35,826 bases of DNA from Sulfurimonadaceae bacterium (GTDB lineage: Bacteria > Campylobacterota > Campylobacteria > Campylobacterales > Sulfurimonadaceae), in contig JBFEXS010000009.1 in the NCBI GenBank assembly GCA_041562555.1, positions 1 through 35,826 of the forward strand. The letters run 5' to 3'. The notes beneath the pieces are model-generated. The model was not told the origin of the DNA, made no database searches, and saw only the letters and a list, made by a program, of their open reading frames with translations. Within the stretch, counting starts at the first letter, position 1; each line of letters opens with the position of its first letter. Made by a program: the position numbers and the translations under genes. Positions 28,396-35,826 of this stretch are shown in pieces.

Positions 28396-29553
28396 ATGCG
28401 CTTTTTTCTTCTTCTGCTTTTAAGCTTTTCACTAAGCTTAGCCAATGTTGATGAAAACGGTACTCTAGCATTACACAGTGAGCTTAATACCACAGATGAT
28501 ACAGATACGGAACCATCCGTATTGGCTGAACCCGTAGCGGAGAAGATACAGGCCAAACTCCTATACCAGTCCTATTTCGAACTTCCCCAAAAACTTTTTA
28601 AAGGTCAGGTCTTTACACTGACAATCAAGGCACTCTCAGCCCAGGAAGATTATGACGGTATAAATTATGATTTTTCCAATAGCATTGGCCTGAAACTGCT
28701 TACAAAAGAGCCGGAGCACAAACTTGTTCCTCCCTATTTTTATGACACCTTCTATTTTCAAGTCACGGGTAACTGGGTCAAGACTCCCGATGTCACGACC
28801 TCACTTTTATACCAAGACATGGAGAAGAAGCTTCAAGAGGAACTTTCCGGCGTCAAGATCGAAACGGTAAGACTCAACCCCGACAAAGACTTCTCTTCTG
28901 TACTCGCTGAAAAGTTCAAAATACTCGAGTATAAGACGACACAATATGACAACCAACATAATATCGTCGTCTTTTCTGCCGAAGCCAAGATGGCGAACCT
29001 TAAAGACTTTTCTCTCAAAGCAGCAAGTAAAGAGGGCATTGATGCTTATGAAGAAGAGCTACCATACGCTAACTTTACCTATTATGCAGTTGTATCTAAA
29101 CAGTTGAATGAACTTAAGTTCTCTTATTTTGATATTCAGTCACGCCGTTTTAAAGATGTAGTTATTCCTATCATCGTAGAAAACGACCGGGTCAGTACCC
29201 AAACGGATCTTGCACCAACACAAAACACCCATGCTTTTAAAAAGATGGTACTTGCCGGAGCCGTTTCTATTTTAGGATTGATCTTATATATATTGAGACG
29301 CAATAAGCTCTACTTGCTGATATTCATTGCGCCACTGTTTTTTATTGCCAGACTGTCCGTTCCGACCAAACATGTCTGTATTCAAGAGGACTCCAATATA
29401 TATCTGCTTCCGATGAAAAACGGCACGATCTTTGAACAGGTTCCTTACCGTTTTACCACAGAGGCATTAGGAACATCACAAGACTTTACAAAAATTCGTA
29501 TGAAAAACAAACAGATAGGATGGGTAAGAGATGAAGACCTTTGCCAAGATTAG
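28396..29553 (+). CDS. Conserved exported/membrane protein with C-terminal SH3-like domain
   Basis: Signal peptide, TM pair near residues 285-320, ending IYLLP...KIRMKNKQIGWV; lies between purQ and plsC as in Campylobacter. Confidence 0.75.
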   Translation: MRFFLLLLLSFSLSLANVDENGTLALHSELNTTDDTDTEPSVLAEPVAEKIQAKLLYQSYFELPQKLFKGQVFTLTIKALSAQEDYDGINYDFSNSIGLKLLTKEPEHKLVPPYFYDTFYFQVTGNWVKTPDVTTSLLYQDMEKKLQEELSGVKIETVRLNPDKDFSSVLAEKFKILEYKTTQYDNQHNIVVFSAEAKMANLKDFSLKAASKEGIDAYEEELPYANFTYYAVVSKQLNELKFSYFDIQSRRFKDVVIPIIVENDRVSTQTDLAPTQNTHAFKKMVLAGAVSILGLILYILRRNKLYLLIFIAPLFFIARLSVPTKHVCIQEDSNIYLLPMKNGTIFEQVPYRFTTEALGTSQDFTKIRMKNKQIGWVRDEDLCQD

Positions 29554-30229
29554 TTTCTATTATGCTGCAGCGATTGTCTTTATCGCTGTTAGCTTTTTAA
29601 TACTCTTTTTCAAGATCCTTCCAAAGCCTTTTGGAATCAAGTTCAGCTCAGGGATCATTAATAAACTTCTCTTTTACAGAGTCAAAGTATTTGGTCAGGC
29701 CTCTGAAGATGTCCAGATGCTGATTGTTAACCACCAAAGCGGAATTGACATTCCGGTACTTGAGAGTACTACACGTCACGATATTGCCTGGGTTGCCAAG
29801 CAAGAACTCTTCGACCTTCCTTTCTTAGGTTTGGGTGTCAAGCTTCCAAAAGACATTCCCCTTCAACGTGAATCAAAGACAGCACTTATCTCGCTTATCA
29901 GAGACTGTCAAGACAGGCTTTCACATAACAGGGTTATCACGATCTTTCCCGAAGGAACACGTTCGAGAAACTTTAAAATGGGAAAATTCAAACCCGGTGC
30001 GAAGATGGTGGCAGATAAACTTAAACTCAAAGTACAACCGGTTGTGATGATAGGAACTGCAAGCACATTTGATTCTGGAAAACGTATGTTCTACCCTTTT
30101 AAAAAGATACATGTCGTCTATCTAGACCCTTTCATCGCAGATAAAAATGACAAAGAATGGCTGGAGAACACACGAATAACAATGCAAAAGGTATATGATG
30201 AACATGCTCACACTCTTGGCTGTCGGTAG
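29531..30229 (+). CDS. plsC: 1-acyl-sn-glycerol-3-phosphate acyltransferase
   Basis: NHQSGID, VAKQEL, IFPEGTRS, FKPG. Confidence 0.93.
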   Translation: MKTFAKISFYYAAAIVFIAVSFLILFFKILPKPFGIKFSSGIINKLLFYRVKVFGQASEDVQMLIVNHQSGIDIPVLESTTRHDIAWVAKQELFDLPFLGLGVKLPKDIPLQRESKTALISLIRDCQDRLSHNRVITIFPEGTRSRNFKMGKFKPGAKMVADKLKLKVQPVVMIGTASTFDSGKRMFYPFKKIHVVYLDPFIADKNDKEWLENTRITMQKVYDEHAHTLGCR

Positions 30230-30590
30230 CGGCGGTTTCATAGGCGCGTCTTTACGCTACATAATCAACAACTATATTTCCCATCACTTGCCACATACCC
30301 TTCCATTTGGAATATTATTTCTGAATCTCTTTGGTAGCCTTATTATGGGTATTATGTTCGGCATCTTTACCTTTACATCCGTCTGTGCCCAGGACACACG
30401 TGTATACACCTTTATCACAACGGGTATACTTGGTGCCCTGACCACTTATTCAACTTTTGCTTTGGATAGTTTTATGCTCTTTAATACAGGGCACTACAGT
30501 GCTGCTGCGTTAAATATGGCACTGAATGTTTTTGGGACGGTTATCTTTGCAGGGATAGGTTTTCTAGGGGTTAAGTTTTTAGTGTCATAA
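30195..30590 (+). CDS. crcB: Fluoride efflux channel CrcB/Fluc
   Basis: GGFIGASLRY, PFGILFLNLFGS, TGILGALTTYSTF; start could be 30198 or 30204. Confidence 0.95.
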   Translation: MMNMLTLLAVGSGGFIGASLRYIINNYISHHLPHTLPFGILFLNLFGSLIMGIMFGIFTFTSVCAQDTRVYTFITTGILGALTTYSTFALDSFMLFNTGHYSAAALNMALNVFGTVIFAGIGFLGVKFLVS

Positions 30591-30605
30591 CCCCAGAAAC
30601 CGGTG

Positions 30606-31709
30606 TTAATCGATCAACTGATACTGATCGCGTAAGATGGAGATGATCTCTGCCTTTGGATTGTCCGAAAGTTCTATTTTCTCACCGGTGATCTTTTCTG
30701 CGATGTCCGTATAGGTCTTGGAAACGTTCATCAAGACTTCAGTCGGTAAGAAATTATCGCGGGCCAAAGCCTCACGTTCATCCATACGGGATTTATTCAA
30801 TAAGATGTCCGGATCGGAAAAATGATTCAATAAGAGTTGGCGAAATCCTTCTTTAGAGTTTTCTACAACCTTCCCTGCTCGATACTCCGCCCCATCCCAT
30901 ATGCGAGACGAATCCGGCGTACCCACCTCATCCATATAGATCAGTTTATCATTTCCCTGAGTATCTTTCACATAACCAAACTCGAACTTTGTATCCACAA
31001 AGATCTGATCGATCTTGGCAAGTTCGCCTGAAATCAATGCAAATCCCTCTGTCAAGAGTTTCTCGTACAGTGAAATATCCTCAGGGGATTTAAAATTAAA
31101 GGCATCATAATTGTCTTCGATATTCTTACGGGTAATGTTCACATCGTCGACTTCAGGTACCCCCGGGATGCCTTTTAAAATACCTTTGGTCGATGGCGTT
31201 TGCAAAAGTTCAGGAAGTTTGGAATCCTTTTCTAAGCCATCAGGCAATTTAATTCCACAGAACTCCCGCTCGCCTTTTTCATAAGAACGCCACATAGACC
31301 CCGTGATATACTGACGGCAGATCGCTTCAATCATCACCGGTTTCGCTTTTTGCACAATCCATACAAAAGGATGCGGGATATCCAGGATATGACTGTCTGC
31401 CAATCCGTTCTCTTTAAAAAGTTTAAACCAATGATTTGAGATAGCATTCAGTGCTGCACCCTTACCCGGCACACCCTGCATGTTCCCCTCACCCTTCCAG
31501 ATGCAGTCAAAGGCGGATATACGATCACTTATCACCATAATCGCCAATGGGGTATCAGCAGGCACATCATAGCCCTTCTCTTCTATCAGGCGTTTACTGT
31601 CTTGCTCGGTCAACCAATATACAGAGCGCACTTTACCACTATGTACGGGAGCATTCGTCCGAATAGGAAGATCATTATTAACGGCCAATACTTTATCAGC
31701 TAAATTCAT
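30606..31709 (-). CDS. purC: SAICAR synthetase, long Vibrio/gammaproteobacterial type
   Basis: [62 protein letters not shown]; 367 aa. Confidence 0.95.
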   Translation of the reverse strand: MNLADKVLAVNNDLPIRTNAPVHSGKVRSVYWLTEQDSKRLIEEKGYDVPADTPLAIMVISDRISAFDCIWKGEGNMQGVPGKGAALNAISNHWFKLFKENGLADSHILDIPHPFVWIVQKAKPVMIEAICRQYITGSMWRSYEKGEREFCGIKLPDGLEKDSKLPELLQTPSTKGILKGIPGVPEVDDVNITRKNIEDNYDAFNFKSPEDISLYEKLLTEGFALISGELAKIDQIFVDTKFEFGYVKDTQGNDKLIYMDEVGTPDSSRIWDGAEYRAGKVVENSKEGFRQLLLNHFSDPDILLNKSRMDEREALARDNFLPTEVLMNVSKTYTDIAEKITGEKIELSDNPKAEIISILRDQYQLID

Positions 31710-31826
31710 TTACACTGCCTTTGAGGGGATTACTAAGATGCTAATTTTAACGTATAGAAGTTTTAGATGGGCTTGTATTGGACGTAAAATCTTTATCTAT
31801 AAAGCTGATGAGTCATAGTAATGACA

Positions 31827-32369
31827 TCATTTATTTATAAACTCTCTGATCTTTCCAAGGTATTCGTGCAAATTCTCAAATCGGTGGTTTCCACCCTCTT
31901 GGATAATCACCTCATAATTCTCATAAAACTCTTCAGCTTTGGTATAGTCCAGGACCTCATCACCTTTTTGAAGTAACACAAGTACCGGTACCTTTATACT
32001 GTCTTTTGAGATGGAATAGGAAAAGAGCTTGTTCACATGTTCTTTTGTCCATTGAAACTTCTCTCCGCTGCAAAAGAACTCATTTTCTCCGACATAAGGA
32101 GCAAGGGTAAGAAAAGGCTGGGTTGAAGGATTAAGCAATACTGCCTTAACATCTAATTTCTGGGAAATATGTGCGGCATAAAAGCCGCCTAAAGACGAGC
32201 CAATTATCAAGTCCACATTGTTTGCCAACACCAAACGCTGAATGAATGCGATCGCTTCGTCGGGGTCGACAGGAATATCCGGACATAACACGCCATTAAA
32301 ATTTTCACGTAACAGTCTTGTCTTGTTTGAGTCCCCGCAGGAAGCGAATCCATGTATATATAAGATCAT
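31827..32369 (-). CDS. YqiA/YcfP-family alpha/beta hydrolase (esterase)
   Basis: YIHGFAS, GSSLGGFYA, LLNP, QKGDEVLDY, GGNHRF. Confidence 0.92.
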   Translation of the reverse strand: MILYIHGFASCGDSNKTRLLRENFNGVLCPDIPVDPDEAIAFIQRLVLANNVDLIIGSSLGGFYAAHISQKLDVKAVLLNPSTQPFLTLAPYVGENEFFCSGEKFQWTKEHVNKLFSYSISKDSIKVPVLVLLQKGDEVLDYTKAEEFYENYEVIIQEGGNHRFENLHEYLGKIREFINK

Positions 32370-32944
32370 ACTATTTCTTTCAATTCTATAATTTCATCCG
32401 AACACCATTGGGCCAATTCATGTTCATGGGTGATCAACAGCATTGCTACCTTATCCAGATGCTTTAATAATAACTGCATCACATCCAACTGTATCACGTT
32501 ATCCAAGGCAGAAGTCGGCTCATCAAGTAAAAGAAGATCAGGCTTCATCAATAAGGCACGTAAAATGGAACATCGCTGCAGTTGCCCTCCTGAGAGTTCA
32601 AAAGGCTTTTTGTCCAAAAGTTCACGTTCCAGTCCCATCTCCTCCACAAGCTCATCCAGGCCCTCCAGTGAAGCCACATCACTGATCTGATTAATAATAC
32701 TGTAGGAGTTATGGAATGAACTGTAGGGATCTTGAAAGACTTGGGATATCCCTTTAGAATAGATTCTCCCGGCAAGAGGTTTTAGGTTGCCCACAATCAA
32801 CTCAAACAGCGTACTTTTACCTGATCCGCTAGGACCGACGACTGTCTTTATCTCACCCTTGTTCAACTCCAAGAAGAAATCTTTATATAAAAGACTATCC
32901 CTGCTGTAGCCGAAATCCAAGCCTTCGATTTTCAAAACACTCAA
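32366..32944 (-). CDS. ABC ATP-binding protein with no adjacent permease
   Basis: GPSGSGKS, FQDP, LSGGQLQR, LLLDEPTSALD, ITH. Confidence 0.93.
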   Translation of the reverse strand: MSVLKIEGLDFGYSRDSLLYKDFFLELNKGEIKTVVGPSGSGKSTLFELIVGNLKPLAGRIYSKGISQVFQDPYSSFHNSYSIINQISDVASLEGLDELVEEMGLERELLDKKPFELSGGQLQRCSILRALLMKPDLLLLDEPTSALDNVIQLDVMQLLLKHLDKVAMLLITHEHELAQWCSDEIIELKEIV

Positions 32945-34176
32945 GAGCGGACTTGTCCCGAGCCGTAGAGTTTAAACTTGTAAGTCGTAAGTCCTTCTAT
33001 CCCCATTGGACCGCGCACATGCAACTTATTCGTCGAGATACCTACCTCCGCACCGAATCCAAAGGCACCTCCATCGGTAAAACGGGTTGATGCATTGAGA
33101 TAGACTGCTGCCGCATCTACTCCATTTAAAAAGCGTTCTGCATTCGTATAGTTATCGGTTACGATCGCTTCTGAATGCCCTGAACCATACTCACTGATAT
33201 GATCGATGGCTTCCTCAACGTCAGCCACAATCCGTATATTAAGGATATTATCTAAATACTCCGTATGAAACTCTGTATCACCGGCATGTTCTACACTGAT
33301 GATCTTCTGAGTCTTCTCACACCCTTTGAGCACTGTCCCTTTTTCATCAAAAGCCTCTTTGAGGGAAGGCAGGATATGATGAGAAATCCCCTCTTGTACT
33401 AATAGGGTCTCCATGGCATTACAAACTCCCGGTCTGTGTGTCTTCGCATTAACCGCGATATCAATAGCCATCTCATAATCTGCATCAACATCAATATAGG
33501 TATGGCACTGTCCCTTATCATGTTTGACGACGGGGACCGAGGCATTATCACAGACATAACGTATCAGGCCTTCCCCTCCTCGAGGTACGATCAAGTCAAC
33601 ATATTTATCCATCTTGATCAATTTGGCCACACCTTCTCTGGATGAATCCGGAAGCAGGGAGATCAGAGAGCTTGGCAGATCGTTTTCGATCAATACATCC
33701 TTTAAGACTTTGGCAATGGCCTTATTGGAGTTTTCTGCCTCTTTACCTCCCTTGAGAATACATATATTCGAGCTTTTAAAACAAAGTGCAGCCGTATCAG
33801 AGGTTACATTGGGACGGGACTCGTAGATGATCCCTATCACACCGATCGGGACAGAGACTTTTTCGACTTTTATCCCGTTATCCAGAACCCAGCCGTCAAG
33901 TACCCGTCCCGTAGGTTCTTTTAAAGCGGCAATTTCCCGTACGCTCGTTGCCATCGCTTGTATACGTGCAGTATCCAAAAGAAGTCTGTCCTTAAGTGCC
34001 GACGTCAGGTTGTTTTTATCGGCATCTGCCATATCGAGCTTGTTGGCATTTACGATCTCTTCATGATTGGCTTCAAGTGCGTCGGCCATTTCATTCAAGA
34101 TACGGTTTTTTTCCGCTCCGCCCAATTGTGAAAAAATACGTGATGATGCTTTTGCTTCTGCTAAAAAATTTTCCAT
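32941..34176 (-). CDS. proA: Gamma-glutamyl phosphate reductase
   Basis: IIYESRPNVT, LKGGKEA, PRGG, CNAMETLL, NASTRFTDG, GISTNKLHVRGPMG. Confidence 0.98.
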   Translation of the reverse strand: MENFLAEAKASSRIFSQLGGAEKNRILNEMADALEANHEEIVNANKLDMADADKNNLTSALKDRLLLDTARIQAMATSVREIAALKEPTGRVLDGWVLDNGIKVEKVSVPIGVIGIIYESRPNVTSDTAALCFKSSNICILKGGKEAENSNKAIAKVLKDVLIENDLPSSLISLLPDSSREGVAKLIKMDKYVDLIVPRGGEGLIRYVCDNASVPVVKHDKGQCHTYIDVDADYEMAIDIAVNAKTHRPGVCNAMETLLVQEGISHHILPSLKEAFDEKGTVLKGCEKTQKIISVEHAGDTEFHTEYLDNILNIRIVADVEEAIDHISEYGSGHSEAIVTDNYTNAERFLNGVDAAAVYLNASTRFTDGGAFGFGAEVGISTNKLHVRGPMGIEGLTTYKFKLYGSGQVRS

Positions 34177-34221
34177 AAATATCTCTTTTCTTGTTTGGGG
34201 GTAATTATATCGAAGTATAGG

Positions 34222-34239
34222 TGGCTTTTGTAAAAGCCA
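34222..34239 (-). terminator. Inverted repeat downstream of ankyrin gene 1
   Basis: TGGCTTTT-GT-AAAAGCCA, flanked by ATAGG/CCTAT. Confidence 0.45.
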
Positions 34240-34253
34240 AAGCCTATTTCTGA

Positions 34254-34871
34254 CTATTTAGCCTTTAACAAAAGCATAACGGTATCCACTTCCTGTGCAT
34301 CCTGAGCTTCTTGCAAAGGAGTCTTGCCTTGCGCATTAACTGCTTTGACATTGGCACCTTCTGCAATAAGCACTTCAGCTGCTTTAGCATTCCCCATGTA
34401 CGCTGCAATATGAAGTGGCGTTGAGCCATCACTTGTTTTTGCATTAACGTCTGCTCCAGCTGCGATCAACATCTGCACCGTTTTAACACCGCCACCCTCG
34501 GCAGCCCTATGTAAAGGGGTCGTTCCATCATTTGCTTTTACATTGACATTCGCATTTGCCCGTAACAAAAAAGAGACCGACTTCGCATCTGCATAAAAAG
34601 ATGAAACATGTAAGGCTGTGCGACCATTGTTCATCTTTTCATTGACATTCGCACCTTCTTGAATAAGAAACTTTATCACACCGGCATGCTCGTTATAAGC
34701 TGCTATGTGGATGGCTGCTAGATTATCACCGTCACGTGAATTGACTCCTTCCCCCGATGCAATTGCTGCCTTTATTTGGTCTATATCACCCTCTTCAGCC
34801 GCCAAATGGATCTGTGATGCCATCAATGAAAATGGAAATAAAATTGTCAAAAACAATACAAATATTCTCAT
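34254..34871 (-). CDS. Exported ankyrin-repeat protein (paralogue 1)
   Basis: Signal peptide ending SLMA; five ANK repeats plus a C-cap (GRTALH, GTTPLH, GSTPLH, GKTPL); GAGGGG SD before ATG 34871. Confidence 0.92.
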   Translation of the reverse strand: MRIFVLFLTILFPFSLMASQIHLAAEEGDIDQIKAAIASGEGVNSRDGDNLAAIHIAAYNEHAGVIKFLIQEGANVNEKMNNGRTALHVSSFYADAKSVSFLLRANANVNVKANDGTTPLHRAAEGGGVKTVQMLIAAGADVNAKTSDGSTPLHIAAYMGNAKAAEVLIAEGANVKAVNAQGKTPLQEAQDAQEVDTVMLLLKAK

Positions 34872-34992
34872 ACCTACCCCCTCTTGTAAATATAGTAACA
34901 TGTCATAAAATATACAACTATTATTATGAATTTTAACATTTATACTTAAGAGAGATTTTAATTACACAAAGAAAATAGAAAGTTGATTGGAA

Positions 34993-35009
34993 GACAGCGA
35001 TAGGCTGTC
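34993..35009 (-). terminator. Stem-loop between the two ankyrin genes
   Basis: GACAGC-N5-GCTGTC 8 nt after the paralogue 2 stop, followed by pyrimidine-rich sequence. Confidence 0.45.
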
Positions 35010-35017
35010 ACAGAAGG

Positions 35018-35644
35018 TTATTTAAGAGCCAGACGCTCTAAGGCCTGAATAGTCTTCACTTCTTCAGCATCTTGTGCCTCTTGTAAGGGGGTTTTTCCTT
35101 CTGCATTACGTGCTTTTAAATCAGCACCATTCTTCACAAGGAGCTGTGTTGCTTCTGTATTACCGATATAAGCCGCTATATGCAAAGGAGTTGAGTAGTC
35201 CTGTGCTCTGGCATTGATCTGTGCTCCGTTAGCCAAAAGCATCTTGATGGCTTCTACATCTCCACCTTCCGCAGCACGATGTAAAGGTGTAATACCATCA
35301 TTCGCTTTCACATTAATCTTCGCATTGGCACGCAAAAGAAAAGAAATCGTTTTTATATCTCCGTAAAATGCTGCGATATGAAGCGCTGTACGACCATTTT
35401 TCATTTTAGCATTGATATCCGCCCCTGACTTGATCAGGTACTTGACTATCGTCGAATGTTCATTATATGCAGCAATCTGCAGAGGTGTTTGTTGATACTC
35501 CTCATTCTTTGCATTGATGTCTTCACCCTTAGCGAGGAGCTTTTTTATGGTATCTAGATCCCCATTTTCTGCAGCATCATGTAGAGGGCCTGCCATTAAT
35601 GCCAGGGGCAATAGTGTGATTAGAAACAATTGACGTATATTCAT
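35018..35644 (-). CDS. Exported ankyrin-repeat protein (paralogue 2)
   Basis: Signal peptide ending ALMA; GPLHDAA, QTPLQIAA, GRTALH, GITPLH, STPLH, GKTPL. Confidence 0.93.
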   Translation of the reverse strand: MNIRQLFLITLLPLALMAGPLHDAAENGDLDTIKKLLAKGEDINAKNEEYQQTPLQIAAYNEHSTIVKYLIKSGADINAKMKNGRTALHIAAFYGDIKTISFLLRANAKINVKANDGITPLHRAAEGGDVEAIKMLLANGAQINARAQDYSTPLHIAAYIGNTEATQLLVKNGADLKARNAEGKTPLQEAQDAEEVKTIQALERLALK

Positions 35645-35765
35645 TATAAACCTTCAATATAAGTTTGCCTGTATATTAGCATAAATTATAAAACTTTTAC
35701 ACTTTTTTTTAATTTTTTTTGTTAATTTATAATATTTATTTTATTGTATATATTGATGTTGTGAG

Positions 35766-35794
35766 AATACGAAGGGCAGGATCCCCTTCGTGTT
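35766..35794 (-). terminator. Stem-loop after a minus-strand gene ending at 35807
   Basis: AATACGAAGGG-N7-CCCTTCGTGTT, 11-bp stem with one mismatch or wobble. Confidence 0.6.
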
Positions 35795-35806
35795 GTAGAA
35801 GTGAGC

Positions 35807-35826
35807 TTATTCGATTTCAGCGTCGA
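35807..35826 (-). CDS. Extreme 3' end of a gene, probably chaperone DnaK
   Basis: Reads (n)TC GAC GCT GAA ATC GAA TAA = xDAEIE*, like the DnaK tail VIDAE(V/I)E, followed by a strong hairpin. Only six residues are visible. Confidence 0.45.

Noticed and set aside
30100..30200. Fluoride riboswitch before crcB
   Set aside because: The region is plsC coding sequence and the riboswitch consensus is not visible.
35645..35765. AT-rich stretch with two T8 runs as a phase-variable tract or origin
   Set aside because: T tracts spaced 10 bp apart are normal in Campylobacterota promoters; no poly-G/C tract or DnaA box cluster.
1..35826. CRISPR arrays, IS elements, integrases, tRNA/rRNA, frameshifted pseudogenes
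   Set aside because: None seen by eye; intergenic gaps are all under about 220 bp and the recognised genes look full length.

Overview
Gene-dense core chromosome of a Campylobacterota (epsilonproteobacterial) bacterium; gene content and order suggest a free-living Sulfurimonas-like lineage (inference). It holds about 37 CDS: a partial UvrD/Rep helicase, fliW, valS, SulP, a REC-PAS-GGDEF-EAL protein, a secreted transglutaminase-like protein, flgH, yqeY, trpC, a TPR lipoprotein, YkgJ, a tRNA methyltransferase, kdsB, then a poorly characterised block (NYN nuclease, HI0933 flavoprotein, acylphosphatase, DUF429, YtfJ, metallophosphoesterase, EI24, M6 protease, two hypotheticals, a tetraheme cytochrome c), clpB, ctpA-purS-purQ-hyp-plsC-crcB, a long Vibrio-type purC, an esterase, an ABC ATPase, proA, two secreted ankyrin paralogues and probably the last codons of dnaK. 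No rRNA, tRNA, CRISPR, IS or prophage was seen, and no clearly new multi-gene system can be demonstrated. Best leads: (1) the usual purC slot holds a 30-codon ORF while a different PurC type sits after crcB; (2) up to four apparently leaderless genes, including a divergent pair and a sigma54-driven flgH; (3) a tetraheme cytochrome built from two identically spaced diheme modules with extra cysteines; (4) tandem near-consensus secreted ankyrins. All family calls are by-eye motif recognition, not database searches.
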